Of a DNA stretch of 64,000 nt, positions 17,863 through 26,813 are shown piece after piece. The notes beneath the pieces are model-generated. The model worked only from the letters and a program-made list of their open reading frames with translations. It made no database searches and had not been told where the DNA came from. How positions within the stretch are numbered: the first letter of the stretch is position 1; every line of letters starts with the position of its first letter. A program made the translations under genes and the position numbers. Source of the DNA: a bacterium (lineage in GTDB: Bacteria; Bacillota; Clostridia; Oscillospirales; Oscillospiraceae); assembly GCA_963661735.1 (NCBI GenBank), contig CAVLCF010000111.1, positions 8,063-72,062 on the forward strand. Reading direction: 5' to 3'.

Positions 17863-19181
17863 GTCTCAAGCTGCGCCCTCTGCTGATGTATATTGGAGAT
17901 ACCTCCCTGGCATTTTATTTCCTTTACTGTATTTCTACCAACATTCCAAAAATGTCCGCTGTACGAAAAGTCGCCTGTGCCGCCGCCTTTATAGAGCTGT
18001 TCTATCTCTACACAACGCCCTATCTCTTTAATTTCTGGATCCGCTTTGGGTTTCGCGTCGCGGCATATTTTTTGCTGTTTCTCGCAATAAACAAGCAGAC
18101 CTTTCGTAACACTCTGTTTTTCTCCGTATTTCTGACGCTGATTTTCACTGCTTGTCAAAATATTTTTTCCGCGCCATTTTTCTATGAATTCATGCGCAAT
18201 CAACTTCCTGTTCAATCCTCTGTCATGTCGACCATTTGGGACTGCTCCACGCAATTTCTTTTGACCGGGCTTGCGCTTCTGCTCATCTGCAATACGGTTC
18301 CTCTGAAACGTATCGAAAATCCGAACCTCGCCGAGTGGTTTGTCCTGTGTCTTACCGCAATATGCGAAATCTATGTAAAGGACACTCTATACTATTTTCA
18401 GAATAAGGCCAATCAGGATATTGCGCTGACGACCTTTACACTGATGCTGCAAATCTTTCAGCTTTGTTTTCTCGCCTTTTTTGAGAGCTTTATTGCCAAT
18501 CAGCGTTTGCAAAAGGAGCAGCACATTCAGAATATTACCAACCAATACCGACTGCAAAGTCTGGAGCAAAACCAGCATTGCGAAGAAACCGTGCGTGCTC
18601 TGAACCACGACATCAAAAATCACCTGTGCGCCATACGACAGTTAGCATCCACAGAAAACAACACGCAGCTGAATGCCTATATCAATTCGCTGCTGCGTGA
18701 GGCGGAAAGCGACAGCCGGCTGGTTGAAACAGGGAATTCATTGCTGAACGGATTACTTGCGGATAAGTCCCGGCAAGCTGCGCAAAACCATATAGAAATG
18801 GATATTCTCCTGGATTTCTCGAACATTCATTTTCTGGAAGACTGGAGCTTGTGCACCATTTTCGGAAATCTCATTGACAACGCCATTGAAGCCTGCCAGC
18901 ACATTCCTGACCCCGAACCACGTCGGATCTGTGTTCGCGGAGGCGTTGCCGCCAATTTTCTGCAAATTGTCTTCCGGAACACCTGTGTCGGAACGGTCGC
19001 ACTCCAAAATGGCTTGCCATTGACCACAAAGGAGCATCCCCAGGAACACGGCATTGGTCTGCGCAACGTCCGCAGCACTATCAAAAAATACGATGGGATT
19101 CTGGCCTTTGATACCTCTGAGCCAGGCTGGTTCCAGTGTACTGTACAAATACCGCTTCCGAATCCCGAAGAGAAAAAATGA
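17859..19181 (+). CDS. Sensor histidine kinase, AgrC/LytS-like GHKL type (TCS-2)
   Basis: ATGA overlap with the regulator stop. Polytopic N-terminus, H-box VRALNHDIKNHL, N-box TIFGNLIDNAIEAC, G-box HGIGLRNV. Confidence 0.85.
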   Translation: MSLKLRPLLMYIGDTSLAFYFLYCISTNIPKMSAVRKVACAAAFIELFYLYTTPYLFNFWIRFGFRVAAYFLLFLAINKQTFRNTLFFSVFLTLIFTACQNIFSAPFFYEFMRNQLPVQSSVMSTIWDCSTQFLLTGLALLLICNTVPLKRIENPNLAEWFVLCLTAICEIYVKDTLYYFQNKANQDIALTTFTLMLQIFQLCFLAFFESFIANQRLQKEQHIQNITNQYRLQSLEQNQHCEETVRALNHDIKNHLCAIRQLASTENNTQLNAYINSLLREAESDSRLVETGNSLLNGLLADKSRQAAQNHIEMDILLDFSNIHFLEDWSLCTIFGNLIDNAIEACQHIPDPEPRRICVRGGVAANFLQIVFRNTCVGTVALQNGLPLTTKEHPQEHGIGLRNVRSTIKKYDGILAFDTSEPGWFQCTVQIPLPNPEEKK

Positions 19182-19353
19182 ATACTGCACCTTATACTCC
19201 TCAATGATCTGCTTCTTTCTCTCAAATCCTCTCCATTTTCTTTTTTTCTTTCTTGCAAAATATGCAAATTTCAGTATAATAGATAAGTAATTAAAAGCTA
19301 AAAAGGAAATGGCCCGGATGCCCCAGGGAATCCGGGCCATGGAGATGAAAATT

Positions 19354-19944
19354 ATGTCAATTCAACCAAGCAAGCAAAAGCAGCACAGCGAACAGGTAAA
19401 GATGCAGATCAGTGATACCGCTATGCTTCTGTTTCAGGAGCATGGTTTTGACCAGGTAAGTGTGAAGGACATTGCCTCTGCCATGGGGGTAACAACCGGG
19501 ACCCTGTATCATCATTTCAAGAACAAGCAGGAGATTATGGATGCCGTTTTCTCCCAACACAGGAAGGGCTTTGATAAGCTGCTGGCAATGTATCAGGATT
19601 CTGCTGACCCTGTACATGACCTTCAGGAGTTTCTGGGGGATTTTATGGTCCAGCAGGTTATTCAGGACGGGAAGGAATATACACAATACCGCGTTTCTTC
19701 TGTTCTGAAATTTGAACATACGGACTCCGTTTTTGAGAAAATTGTACTGACCCTGGTAGAGAGCGCCGTTGTAAAGGGGATGATTCGATCCGCATATACG
19801 CCGGACGAAATCAGCGATCTGCTGCTTTCTGTATACCGCGGCTCCGTGTATCAGTATGGGGTCAGCGCAGTTCCCTTTGATATCCAAACGATCACTTACC
19901 GACGAATCAAGATCGTTCTGGACGGACTTACACAGACGGTCTGA
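19354..19944 (+). CDS. TetR/AcrR-family transcriptional regulator
   Basis: HTH region FQEHGFDQVSVKDIASAMGVTTGTLYHHFKNKQEI. The start is uncertain (in-frame ATGs at 19309, 19339, 19345 and 19354). 19354 has GGAGA 8 nt upstream. Confidence 0.8.
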   Translation: MSIQPSKQKQHSEQVKMQISDTAMLLFQEHGFDQVSVKDIASAMGVTTGTLYHHFKNKQEIMDAVFSQHRKGFDKLLAMYQDSADPVHDLQEFLGDFMVQQVIQDGKEYTQYRVSSVLKFEHTDSVFEKIVLTLVESAVVKGMIRSAYTPDEISDLLLSVYRGSVYQYGVSAVPFDIQTITYRRIKIVLDGLTQTV

Positions 19945-19972
19945 ACGTATCCAATCCTTCATTTTTCGCTAA

Positions 19973-20016
19973 AAGCCTCTTATTCCGGATTCAACTCCGG
20001 AGTGAGAGGCTTTTGG
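19973..20016 (+). terminator. Rho-independent terminator after the TetR gene
   Basis: AAGCCTCT ... AGAGGCTT stem enclosing an inner TCCGGA hairpin, followed by TTTT. Confidence 0.6.
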
Positions 20017-20101
20017 TATTATCACCAAATTGATAAGCTCTGTTTTGGTATTTTTGCGATATTGCATTTCCCTTGTTACTGTGATATTATTCAAATATCA
20101 A

Positions 20102-20123
20102 ATTACGTAATGCATTACGTAAT
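20102..20123. promoter_or_regulatory. 22-bp perfect palindrome, candidate TetR operator upstream of the MBL-MFS genes
   Basis: ATTACGTAATGCATTACGTAAT is two copies of the self-complementary 10-mer ATTACGTAAT separated by GC. It lies 26 nt upstream of ATG 20149. Confidence 0.55.
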
Positions 20124-20148
20124 CAATAATGGATAGGAGAAATAAAAA

Positions 20149-20964
20149 ATGGAGAAAATTGCAGCATCCTGGCGTCCCGCCCGCCCGCACAAGCCTAACA
20201 ATCCTATGGACCCGCGCACCCCATTCCCCGCAACAAAGTTCTTTGACAACATCAGCTTTATCGGCAATGATTTTGTTGGCTGTTTTGTCCTGGAAACCTC
20301 CGCGGGCCTTGTCATGTTTGACAATATGGAGCCTACGGATGCCGAATACGTAGAGCAGGGTCTGAAAGACCTGGGGTACGATCCCGCCAATCTGAAGGCA
20401 ATCCTCGTCACCCACGGTCACGGCGATCATTACGGCAATGCCGTGTATTTCCGGAACAAATACGGCACGAAGCTGTATATGTCCAAAATTGATGAGGCAT
20501 TTGCTCAGGACCCCAACCAGCCCCGGCCCAAGGGCCAGACCGCAATGCCCTTCTCCATGGACGGCTATCTGGAAGACGGCGGCACCTTTAAGCTTGGCGA
20601 AACGGAGATCAAAACCTACCACACCCCCGGCCATACCCCCGGCTGTATGTCCTTCGTCTTTGACTGCTACGATGAAGGCCGTCACCACCGCGGTTCCCTT
20701 TGGGGCGGTACCGGCGTTCCCCGGGCCATGGCCGACAGAGAAACCCTTCTGAAGAGCTGCGACCATTTCGCGGAAATCGGTTTGGCCGAGGGCTGCGATG
20801 TGGCCATTTCCACCCACCCCTTTGTGGACTGTTCTCTGAATCGGCTTCAGCTGATCCGTACCATTGTGGACGGCGTTCCCAACCCCTTCGTTCTTGGCTA
20901 TGAAGGGTATCATCGCTTTGAACAGATGTACCACGATATGTACGTCAGAAGCCTGCAAAAGTAA
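20149..20964 (+). CDS. MBL-fold metallo-hydrolase
   Basis: HxHxDH motif in ILVTHGHGDHYGN and a later HTPGHTPG. 271 aa. Confidence 0.85.
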   Translation: MEKIAASWRPARPHKPNNPMDPRTPFPATKFFDNISFIGNDFVGCFVLETSAGLVMFDNMEPTDAEYVEQGLKDLGYDPANLKAILVTHGHGDHYGNAVYFRNKYGTKLYMSKIDEAFAQDPNQPRPKGQTAMPFSMDGYLEDGGTFKLGETEIKTYHTPGHTPGCMSFVFDCYDEGRHHRGSLWGGTGVPRAMADRETLLKSCDHFAEIGLAEGCDVAISTHPFVDCSLNRLQLIRTIVDGVPNPFVLGYEGYHRFEQMYHDMYVRSLQK

Positions 20965-20992
20965 ACCGGACTTTCAAAAGAGGTAGAGAACT

Positions 20993-22237
20993 ATGGCAAA
21001 AGAAAAATTCTCCTGGAAGGGTTATCTCGCCGGACTGAAATCCCTGCTGGCACGCAACCCTATTCTGATTATCATTATTTATTCTCTGAACCAGTACGGC
21101 AACAATATGAAAAACGGCTTCCGTACTCTGGTCGCCACCAAAATGCTTGGCCTCAGTCCTACGGTTGTTGGGTTTGCGCTGTCCGTTTTTCTGATCACAG
21201 GTCTGGTTTTCCGCACCCCCGCCGGTGCCATCACGGACACGCTGCGCTCCAAACTGAAGCCCATTATCGTTGTCTCTTTTGTTCTGAAAGGTCTTATCTG
21301 GATCGGCTTCAATTTCATTACCAATACGGTCGGCTATTATGTTCTGTTCTTCCTGGACGGTGTGATCTGGTCCTTTACAGGCACGATGCTCCCCGCCCTG
21401 ATGGCTATTTCCATTGACCGCCGGGCCATGGGCAGCGGCTACGCACTGATGATGGGCATCTGCAATATCGTGTCCGCTTCTGCCCGTTCCGCAGGCATCT
21501 CCCTGTTCAATGAGAAGGGGCTGATGACTGCCACTCTGGTGGCCGCCGCAACCGGTATTCTGACCGCTCTGGTCGCCTGCTGTCTGGACACCAAAAAGGT
21601 GGCCGGTACGCCCGCCCCCGGTGCCGGTGCTCCCAAGCCGAAGAAAAAGGGCATCCTGGCCGGGATCAGCGTATCCATGATTCCATTCTGCATCGTCGCG
21701 GCAATGCCCATCGTCCTGTTCAACGCCGAAAGCAACTTCTCCCAGATGTATTTCAATGAGCTGGGCTTTGATTTCCTGACCCCCACCACCATTGGCGGAA
21801 CTATTTATGGCTTCCTGAGCATTGCCATCGGCGTACTGTGCGACATTATGAATCCCGCGATTCTGATCACCATCGGACTGCTGGGTCAGGTTGTCGCCCC
21901 CATTATGTGGGCTGACAGCGCAAGCCCCGCCCTGATGAGTGCCGGCCTGATTATCTACTACTCCACCCGCTATTACGGCACAGCTTTCCGTGTTCTGGGT
22001 ATGAAAGCCGTCAGCCGCAGCGAGCAGGGGGCCATGTCCGCAACCATGCTGCTGTTCAACGATATTTTTTCCGTGGCCTGCACATCGATTATCGGCGTTG
22101 TCGTAACAGCCATTGGTTACGAAAAGATGTTCCTGAGTCTGGCCGTCTGGTGCGGCATCTCCACTGTCGGTTTCGTTATCCTGAATAATACCTTCCTGAA
22201 AAAGCTCAACGCCCAGCGTGCGGCAGAAACAGAATAA
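20993..22237 (+). CDS. MFS-type transporter
   Basis: 414 aa, about 12 hydrophobic segments, with a central charged loop PKPKKKG. Confidence 0.7.
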   Translation: MAKEKFSWKGYLAGLKSLLARNPILIIIIYSLNQYGNNMKNGFRTLVATKMLGLSPTVVGFALSVFLITGLVFRTPAGAITDTLRSKLKPIIVVSFVLKGLIWIGFNFITNTVGYYVLFFLDGVIWSFTGTMLPALMAISIDRRAMGSGYALMMGICNIVSASARSAGISLFNEKGLMTATLVAAATGILTALVACCLDTKKVAGTPAPGAGAPKPKKKGILAGISVSMIPFCIVAAMPIVLFNAESNFSQMYFNELGFDFLTPTTIGGTIYGFLSIAIGVLCDIMNPAILITIGLLGQVVAPIMWADSASPALMSAGLIIYYSTRYYGTAFRVLGMKAVSRSEQGAMSATMLLFNDIFSVACTSIIGVVVTAIGYEKMFLSLAVWCGISTVGFVILNNTFLKKLNAQRAAETE

Positions 22238-22261
22238 CGCATTTCTCTGCTTGCCAAAACA

Positions 22262-22305
22262 CCGCCCGATTCCACTGGAATCGGGCGGTATTTATCGTTT
22301 TTCAA
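22262..22305 (+). terminator. Rho-independent terminator after the MFS gene
   Basis: CCGCCCGATTCC / GGAATCGGGCGG stem followed by TATTTATCGTTTTT. Confidence 0.75.
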
Positions 22306-22745
22306 GGGGACCTTATATCCGTCCCAATCCGTTCAAGCAAATCCCTGGTCCGCAGCAGAAAGCCCCTGCAACAGTCCGCATTGCCGCGACGCGGTGCAGG
22401 CTTTCAAAGCGCACCGGTTTCCCTTATTGTGAATGCGTCAGCGGAAGTCTTTGGCCAACCAGGCTTCAAAAGCGTCCAACTGGGCTTAGCATATTGAAGA
22501 TTGTAAAAAAAGATGATAATCTAGCAATATCCAGGGGAAACATTGTAGAATTTGACAGTGCATACCGATTTTCCACGCCTATACATGCATTGCCTCCGGC
22601 CGGAAATTCTGCGTCTTTCCCGGAGTATGGAAGAGAATGCCATTTTTTGCCATTCCGTACCACGGCATACCTGGCGAGCCATCTTTTTCCTCACCCCGTA
22701 TAGCCGTAACTGACAAATTCCTGAAAAGAAGGAGACACGAGACCT

Positions 22746-24539
22746 ATGAACGAACGATCCTCCGTAAAAAAACATGCTGTCAGATTCTTTCTGTTTGCTT
22801 TGGCCGCCCTTCTGGTATGTTCCATTCTGAACTGGGGCGTTGTATCCAGCTGGGGCAGCGTAAAAGTAACCCGTCTTACCATTATCGGGGATGACGGCCG
22901 GCAGTACAGCGCATTATCCTACATTCCCAAAACCGCTACAAATGAAACCCCCGCGCCCGCTCTGCTCACCATTCACGGCGGCTCTTCCAATGCGAGAAAC
23001 AACGAGTCCTGGAGCATGGAATTTGCCCGACGCGGCTACGTTGTCATCGCAGTTGATAACTTTGGCGGCGGAGACAGCGAATACGTATCCGCCTACGGCC
23101 CCAATGCCGTTCCCGAAATGTTCTATGAACTTCTCCTGAGCATGGATATTGTCGATAAGGATCAGATTATCACCAACGGCCACAGCTGGGGCAACGACGC
23201 CGCCTATTCTCTTGGTCTCAAGTACAACGCGCGCGCAATTCTGATCAGTTCCGGCAATGGTTCTACCACCGGAGGCGAATTTACCGGCAACATGCTGCAG
23301 GTTTTCGGCGGCGTTGAAAACGTAGACACCGTAGAGAACAACACCGCAAACGCAGTCGCCGCCTTCAGCACAAGCTTTCCTGAGCTGACCGTCGATAACA
23401 TTGAAATCGGCAAAATCTATGGCAGCTTTGAAGAGGGCAATGCCAAGCAGCTGATAATAAGCCCTAAGCAGGTTCACGAAGGCGCAATGGTCCATACAGA
23501 CACCACAGCCGCTCTGCTGGATTTCGCCCAACAGGCAACTACAGCCCCCAATTATATCGATGCCAACAATCAGGTTTGGTATTGGAAAGACGCAGCCGGT
23601 CAGCTTGGTATCATCGCTTTCGTTGTCTTTCTGCTCAGTTTCGCAAATCTGCTGATGACCTGTGTTCCCTTCTTCTCTGCCATTGTTCAGCCTCTGCCCC
23701 GTAATATCGGTCTGAGACACACTGGCATGGCAATCAGCATCATTGCAGGTCTGGCATTCCCCGTAATTTCCTTATACACCGGCGGCTTGGGCCTAAAGAA
23801 GCTCATTGGCATTGCAGGCAAAAGCACTCTGAACCAGATTTTCTCCATGCGCGCGGGCAACTTCCCCTTCTTCGCTTTTGTGGGTATTGCGCTGCTTGGC
23901 ATCATCATGTTTTTCGTGTACCATTTCACCGACGGCAGAAAACACCACGCCAAACTATGCGATTATGGCCTTACCAGCGCCGCCAGAGACAAACTCGACT
24001 GGTCTTTGATTGGACGGAGCGCCCTTTTGGCTGCCGTCGTCATTATGGTCGGCTGGAACTATATCAACGCGCAAACCCATATTCTGGGAACTGACTTCTA
24101 CTGCCTGTACTGGGGCGTTAAGGACATCGCCAGCGTGAAATTTGTTCACTATATTCCCTATATCATTGTCTACTGTCTGCTGTTCATCCCCGCCTCCCTG
24201 GGACTGAACGTGGAGCGCCGACTGCCATCTACAGGCAAAGACAGCCTGGACTTCTTCCTGCAAACTGTCTTTAACATGTTTATGGCAAGCGCAGCCATCA
24301 CCGCAGTCGTTCTCATTCAGAACGCCATGCAGCATGCCATGGTTGGCGGCGGCAGTGCCGCTCTTGCCGGCTTCGGCATTGAAATTGTACGTATCTGGGG
24401 AATGCCTGTTGGAATGCTGGCAGCCGGTGCAGGCCAGACCTACATGTACCGGAAGTCCGGCAGTGTTTACCCCGGAGCTTTCCTGATGGGTACCTATTGT
24501 GCCCTGACCTGTGTTCTGTACGCTCAGACAAGAATCTAA
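22746..24539 (+). CDS. Signal-anchored alpha/beta-hydrolase plus polytopic membrane domain (paralog 4 of 5)
   Basis: FFLFALAALLVCSIL anchor, YIPKTATNETPAP..IHGGSSNARN, elbow GHSWG, His in QVHEG, LNVERRLPSTGKDSLD, IWGMPVGM, YMYRKSGS. Confidence 0.82.
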   Translation: MNERSSVKKHAVRFFLFALAALLVCSILNWGVVSSWGSVKVTRLTIIGDDGRQYSALSYIPKTATNETPAPALLTIHGGSSNARNNESWSMEFARRGYVVIAVDNFGGGDSEYVSAYGPNAVPEMFYELLLSMDIVDKDQIITNGHSWGNDAAYSLGLKYNARAILISSGNGSTTGGEFTGNMLQVFGGVENVDTVENNTANAVAAFSTSFPELTVDNIEIGKIYGSFEEGNAKQLIISPKQVHEGAMVHTDTTAALLDFAQQATTAPNYIDANNQVWYWKDAAGQLGIIAFVVFLLSFANLLMTCVPFFSAIVQPLPRNIGLRHTGMAISIIAGLAFPVISLYTGGLGLKKLIGIAGKSTLNQIFSMRAGNFPFFAFVGIALLGIIMFFVYHFTDGRKHHAKLCDYGLTSAARDKLDWSLIGRSALLAAVVIMVGWNYINAQTHILGTDFYCLYWGVKDIASVKFVHYIPYIIVYCLLFIPASLGLNVERRLPSTGKDSLDFFLQTVFNMFMASAAITAVVLIQNAMQHAMVGGGSAALAGFGIEIVRIWGMPVGMLAAGAGQTYMYRKSGSVYPGAFLMGTYCALTCVLYAQTRI

Positions 24540-24664
24540 CCAATATACCCGACTGTCTCCGCAAGGCAGTCGGGTCTTCGGTTCCGGCACACAATATTGC
24601 CGGAGCTTTTTTCTCGCTGTTATTGACCTTTGTATATTTGCTTCAAAACCTCCGCCTCAGCATA

Positions 24665-24714
24665 TTGATTTTTACAGCAGCATTATGCTATAATGGCAGA
24701 AGCTAGTTAACTAA
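24665..24714 (+). promoter_or_regulatory. Promoter of TCS-3 with a downstream CTAGTTAACTAA palindrome
   Basis: TTGATT (24665-24670), 18 nt, TATAAT (24689-24694), then CTAGTTAACTAA at 24703-24714. Confidence 0.5.
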
Positions 24715-24741
24715 GTATAGCAGATGCAAGGAGGAACGCAT

Positions 24742-25455
24742 ATGGTCAAAAAAATAGCCGTCTGCGATGACAGCGCTTTAGCGCTGCGGCAAACCGCCGG
24801 GTATTTTGAACAGCTCCAAAAGGAGCTGCCTTTTGAACTCTGCCCCTCCTACTTTTCCTCCGGCGAAGAGGTGCTTGCCGGGCTGGCGGAGGATACGGAC
24901 CTGCTGCTGTTGGATATTGCCATGGAGGGCATGAACGGCATTGAATGCGCCAAGGCCCTGCGGGCCAGAGGATCGAAATTTCCCATTGTGTTCATTACCA
25001 GCATGACGGAATATGCCATAGCAGGCTATGCGGTCCACGCCTTTGGCTTTCTTCCGAAGCCCGTCACCTATTCGGACTTCGCCGCCATCATAAGAGAGGC
25101 GTTGGCCGCGTCTGAAAAAAAGCCAAAAAAGCTGCTGGTCAAAACCGCAGAGGGTGTCAGCGCCATTGATCCTCAGGAGCTGATTTACGCCGAGGTTTAC
25201 CAGCATGAAACCAGCTTTCATCTGCTGACCGGACGCATTCAGGGCAATGTACAGCTTGGCTCCATCGAACCTCTGCTTCCCGCTGAAGGTTTTTTCCGCT
25301 GTCACAAAAGCTATCTTGTTTCCCTGGAGCAAATCGCATCCATCGGGCGGGACGCGCTGACAATGCGTGATGGCAGCAGCATTCCCTTGAGCAAACACCG
25401 CCGGAAAGCTTTTCTCGATGCCTACAGCCGTTTTGCGGGGGTGCGGTTTGAATGA
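24742..25455 (+). CDS. LytTR-family response regulator (TCS-3)
   Basis: ATG 24742 follows AGGAGG. KKIAVCDDS...LLLLDIAMEGMNG receiver domain. LytTR domain FFRCHKSYLVSL...PLSKHRRKAF. Confidence 0.88.
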   Translation: MVKKIAVCDDSALALRQTAGYFEQLQKELPFELCPSYFSSGEEVLAGLAEDTDLLLLDIAMEGMNGIECAKALRARGSKFPIVFITSMTEYAIAGYAVHAFGFLPKPVTYSDFAAIIREALAASEKKPKKLLVKTAEGVSAIDPQELIYAEVYQHETSFHLLTGRIQGNVQLGSIEPLLPAEGFFRCHKSYLVSLEQIASIGRDALTMRDGSSIPLSKHRRKAFLDAYSRFAGVRFE

Positions 25456-26759
25456 ATATGATCGAATGCGCAAACTTTCTCATGGATCTGCTCTTCACCC
25501 TGCTGTATTTCCGCCGGATGGACAATGCCAGTGTTCCCCCATGGCGCAGAGCGCTGGGGTTTATCTGCCTGCTGTCCACAGCAATCCTCTATCCCTCCGG
25601 CGTCTTCCCCTTTCTCTCCGGTATGGTCCAGCGCTTTTTGCTGCGGGCCGCGCTGACGCTTTTGTATGTCGTCATTGTATTCCCCATCAGCTTTTCGGCT
25701 TCCGCCTATGCCGTTGGGTATTGGTGTACCATCCATCTGCTGGTGCAGAGCCTTTTCTTCGCTCCGTTCACCTACACCCTGTTTACCGGAAAGGCAATCT
25801 TCACCGGGCAGCCCAATCTAGATACGCTTCTGTGTATCCTGCTGACTTTTCTGGTGAAGGCGATTTGCTTTCTCCCCTTCTCCTGGCTCACGCCTCTGGT
25901 TCATGTGAGTCCCGTCCGCTTTTCGGACCTGATCCCGATTTGCCTGATCGCTGCCGTAGCTCTATACGGGCGGGAACTGGCGATTCCCCTGTCGGGAGCC
26001 GAGCGCACCACCGTCTCCGAGGTCAGCAATTATTATCTGACCCTCCAGGCCGCGCTGATGGTACTTCTGGGCTATGTGGAGTATTCCCGCCGGGATCGCC
26101 GGGAAAGCGCCATGACACAGCTCAAGCAGCAGGAAGCCGAGGCGCTTCTGAAGCAGGTCCAAAACCAGGCACTCAATGCCCAGGAGGTTTCCGCCCTCCG
26201 GCACGATCTGAAAAATCATTTGCTGAGCATTCAGTTTCTGCTGTCCAAAGGAAACACAGCCGAGATCGAGCAGTATATCCAAGCCCTTCTGGAGAAAACA
26301 GTCCCCTCGCGGCGGAACTACAATACCGGTAACGAGCTTACGGACGGACTGCTGAGCATGAAGCTGGAGGACTGCCAGAGCCGCGGAACAGAAGTTACCG
26401 TAAACCTGGATATGCGCTGCGCCGACTTTCTGGACAACCTTGATCTCTGTGTCCTCTTCGGCAACATTCTCGACAACGCCCTGGAAGCCTGCGCCGAGCT
26501 GCCGCCGGAGCGCAAGGCCTACATCCGCATAACCGGCGGACAAAGCGCGAATATGTTCACGCTTCGTGTGGAAAACAGCTGCAAAAGGAACTCCGTCCTG
26601 ATCAACGGCCTGCCCGTCACCGCCAAGGCAAATGCCCAGCTTCACGGATTCGGCCTGAAAAACGTGAAAGCCGTACTGGAAAAGTACGGCGGGAGTCTTC
26701 ACGTCTTGCAGGAGGAAAGCGGTGTTTTTGTTTTGACGGCTCTGATTCCGATTCCATAA
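25452..26759 (+). CDS. Sensor histidine kinase, AgrC/LytS-like GHKL type (TCS-3)
   Basis: ATGA overlap with the regulator stop. Polytopic N-terminus, H-box VSALRHDLKNHL, N-box VLFGNILDNALEAC, G-box HGFGLKNV. Confidence 0.85.
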   Translation: MNMIECANFLMDLLFTLLYFRRMDNASVPPWRRALGFICLLSTAILYPSGVFPFLSGMVQRFLLRAALTLLYVVIVFPISFSASAYAVGYWCTIHLLVQSLFFAPFTYTLFTGKAIFTGQPNLDTLLCILLTFLVKAICFLPFSWLTPLVHVSPVRFSDLIPICLIAAVALYGRELAIPLSGAERTTVSEVSNYYLTLQAALMVLLGYVEYSRRDRRESAMTQLKQQEAEALLKQVQNQALNAQEVSALRHDLKNHLLSIQFLLSKGNTAEIEQYIQALLEKTVPSRRNYNTGNELTDGLLSMKLEDCQSRGTEVTVNLDMRCADFLDNLDLCVLFGNILDNALEACAELPPERKAYIRITGGQSANMFTLRVENSCKRNSVLINGLPVTAKANAQLHGFGLKNVKAVLEKYGGSLHVLQEESGVFVLTALIPIP

Positions 26760-26764
26760 TCCAA

Positions 26765-26798
26765 CATCAGGGGGATGCCGATTGGCATCCCCCTGATG
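26765..26798. terminator. 15-bp perfect hairpin between convergent genes (probable terminator; no clear U-tract)
   Basis: CATCAGGGGGATGCC gatt GGCATCCCCCTGATG. Confidence 0.5.
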
Positions 26799-26813
26799 CG
26801 CCGTGTAAAGAAT

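Noticed and set aside
19309-19340. The 32-nt palindrome considered as the terminator of the TCS-2 kinase gene.
   Set aside because: There is no U-tract on the plus strand, it lies downstream of a good TetR promoter (TTGCAA-TATAAT at ~19251-19280), and it overlaps candidate start codons.
22640-22690. Clustered CCATT elements upstream of hydrolase paralog 4, considered as LytTR boxes.
   Set aside because: The spacings are 10, 20 and 29 nt rather than 21, and the 3' halves do not match the CCAyTsACGs consensus.
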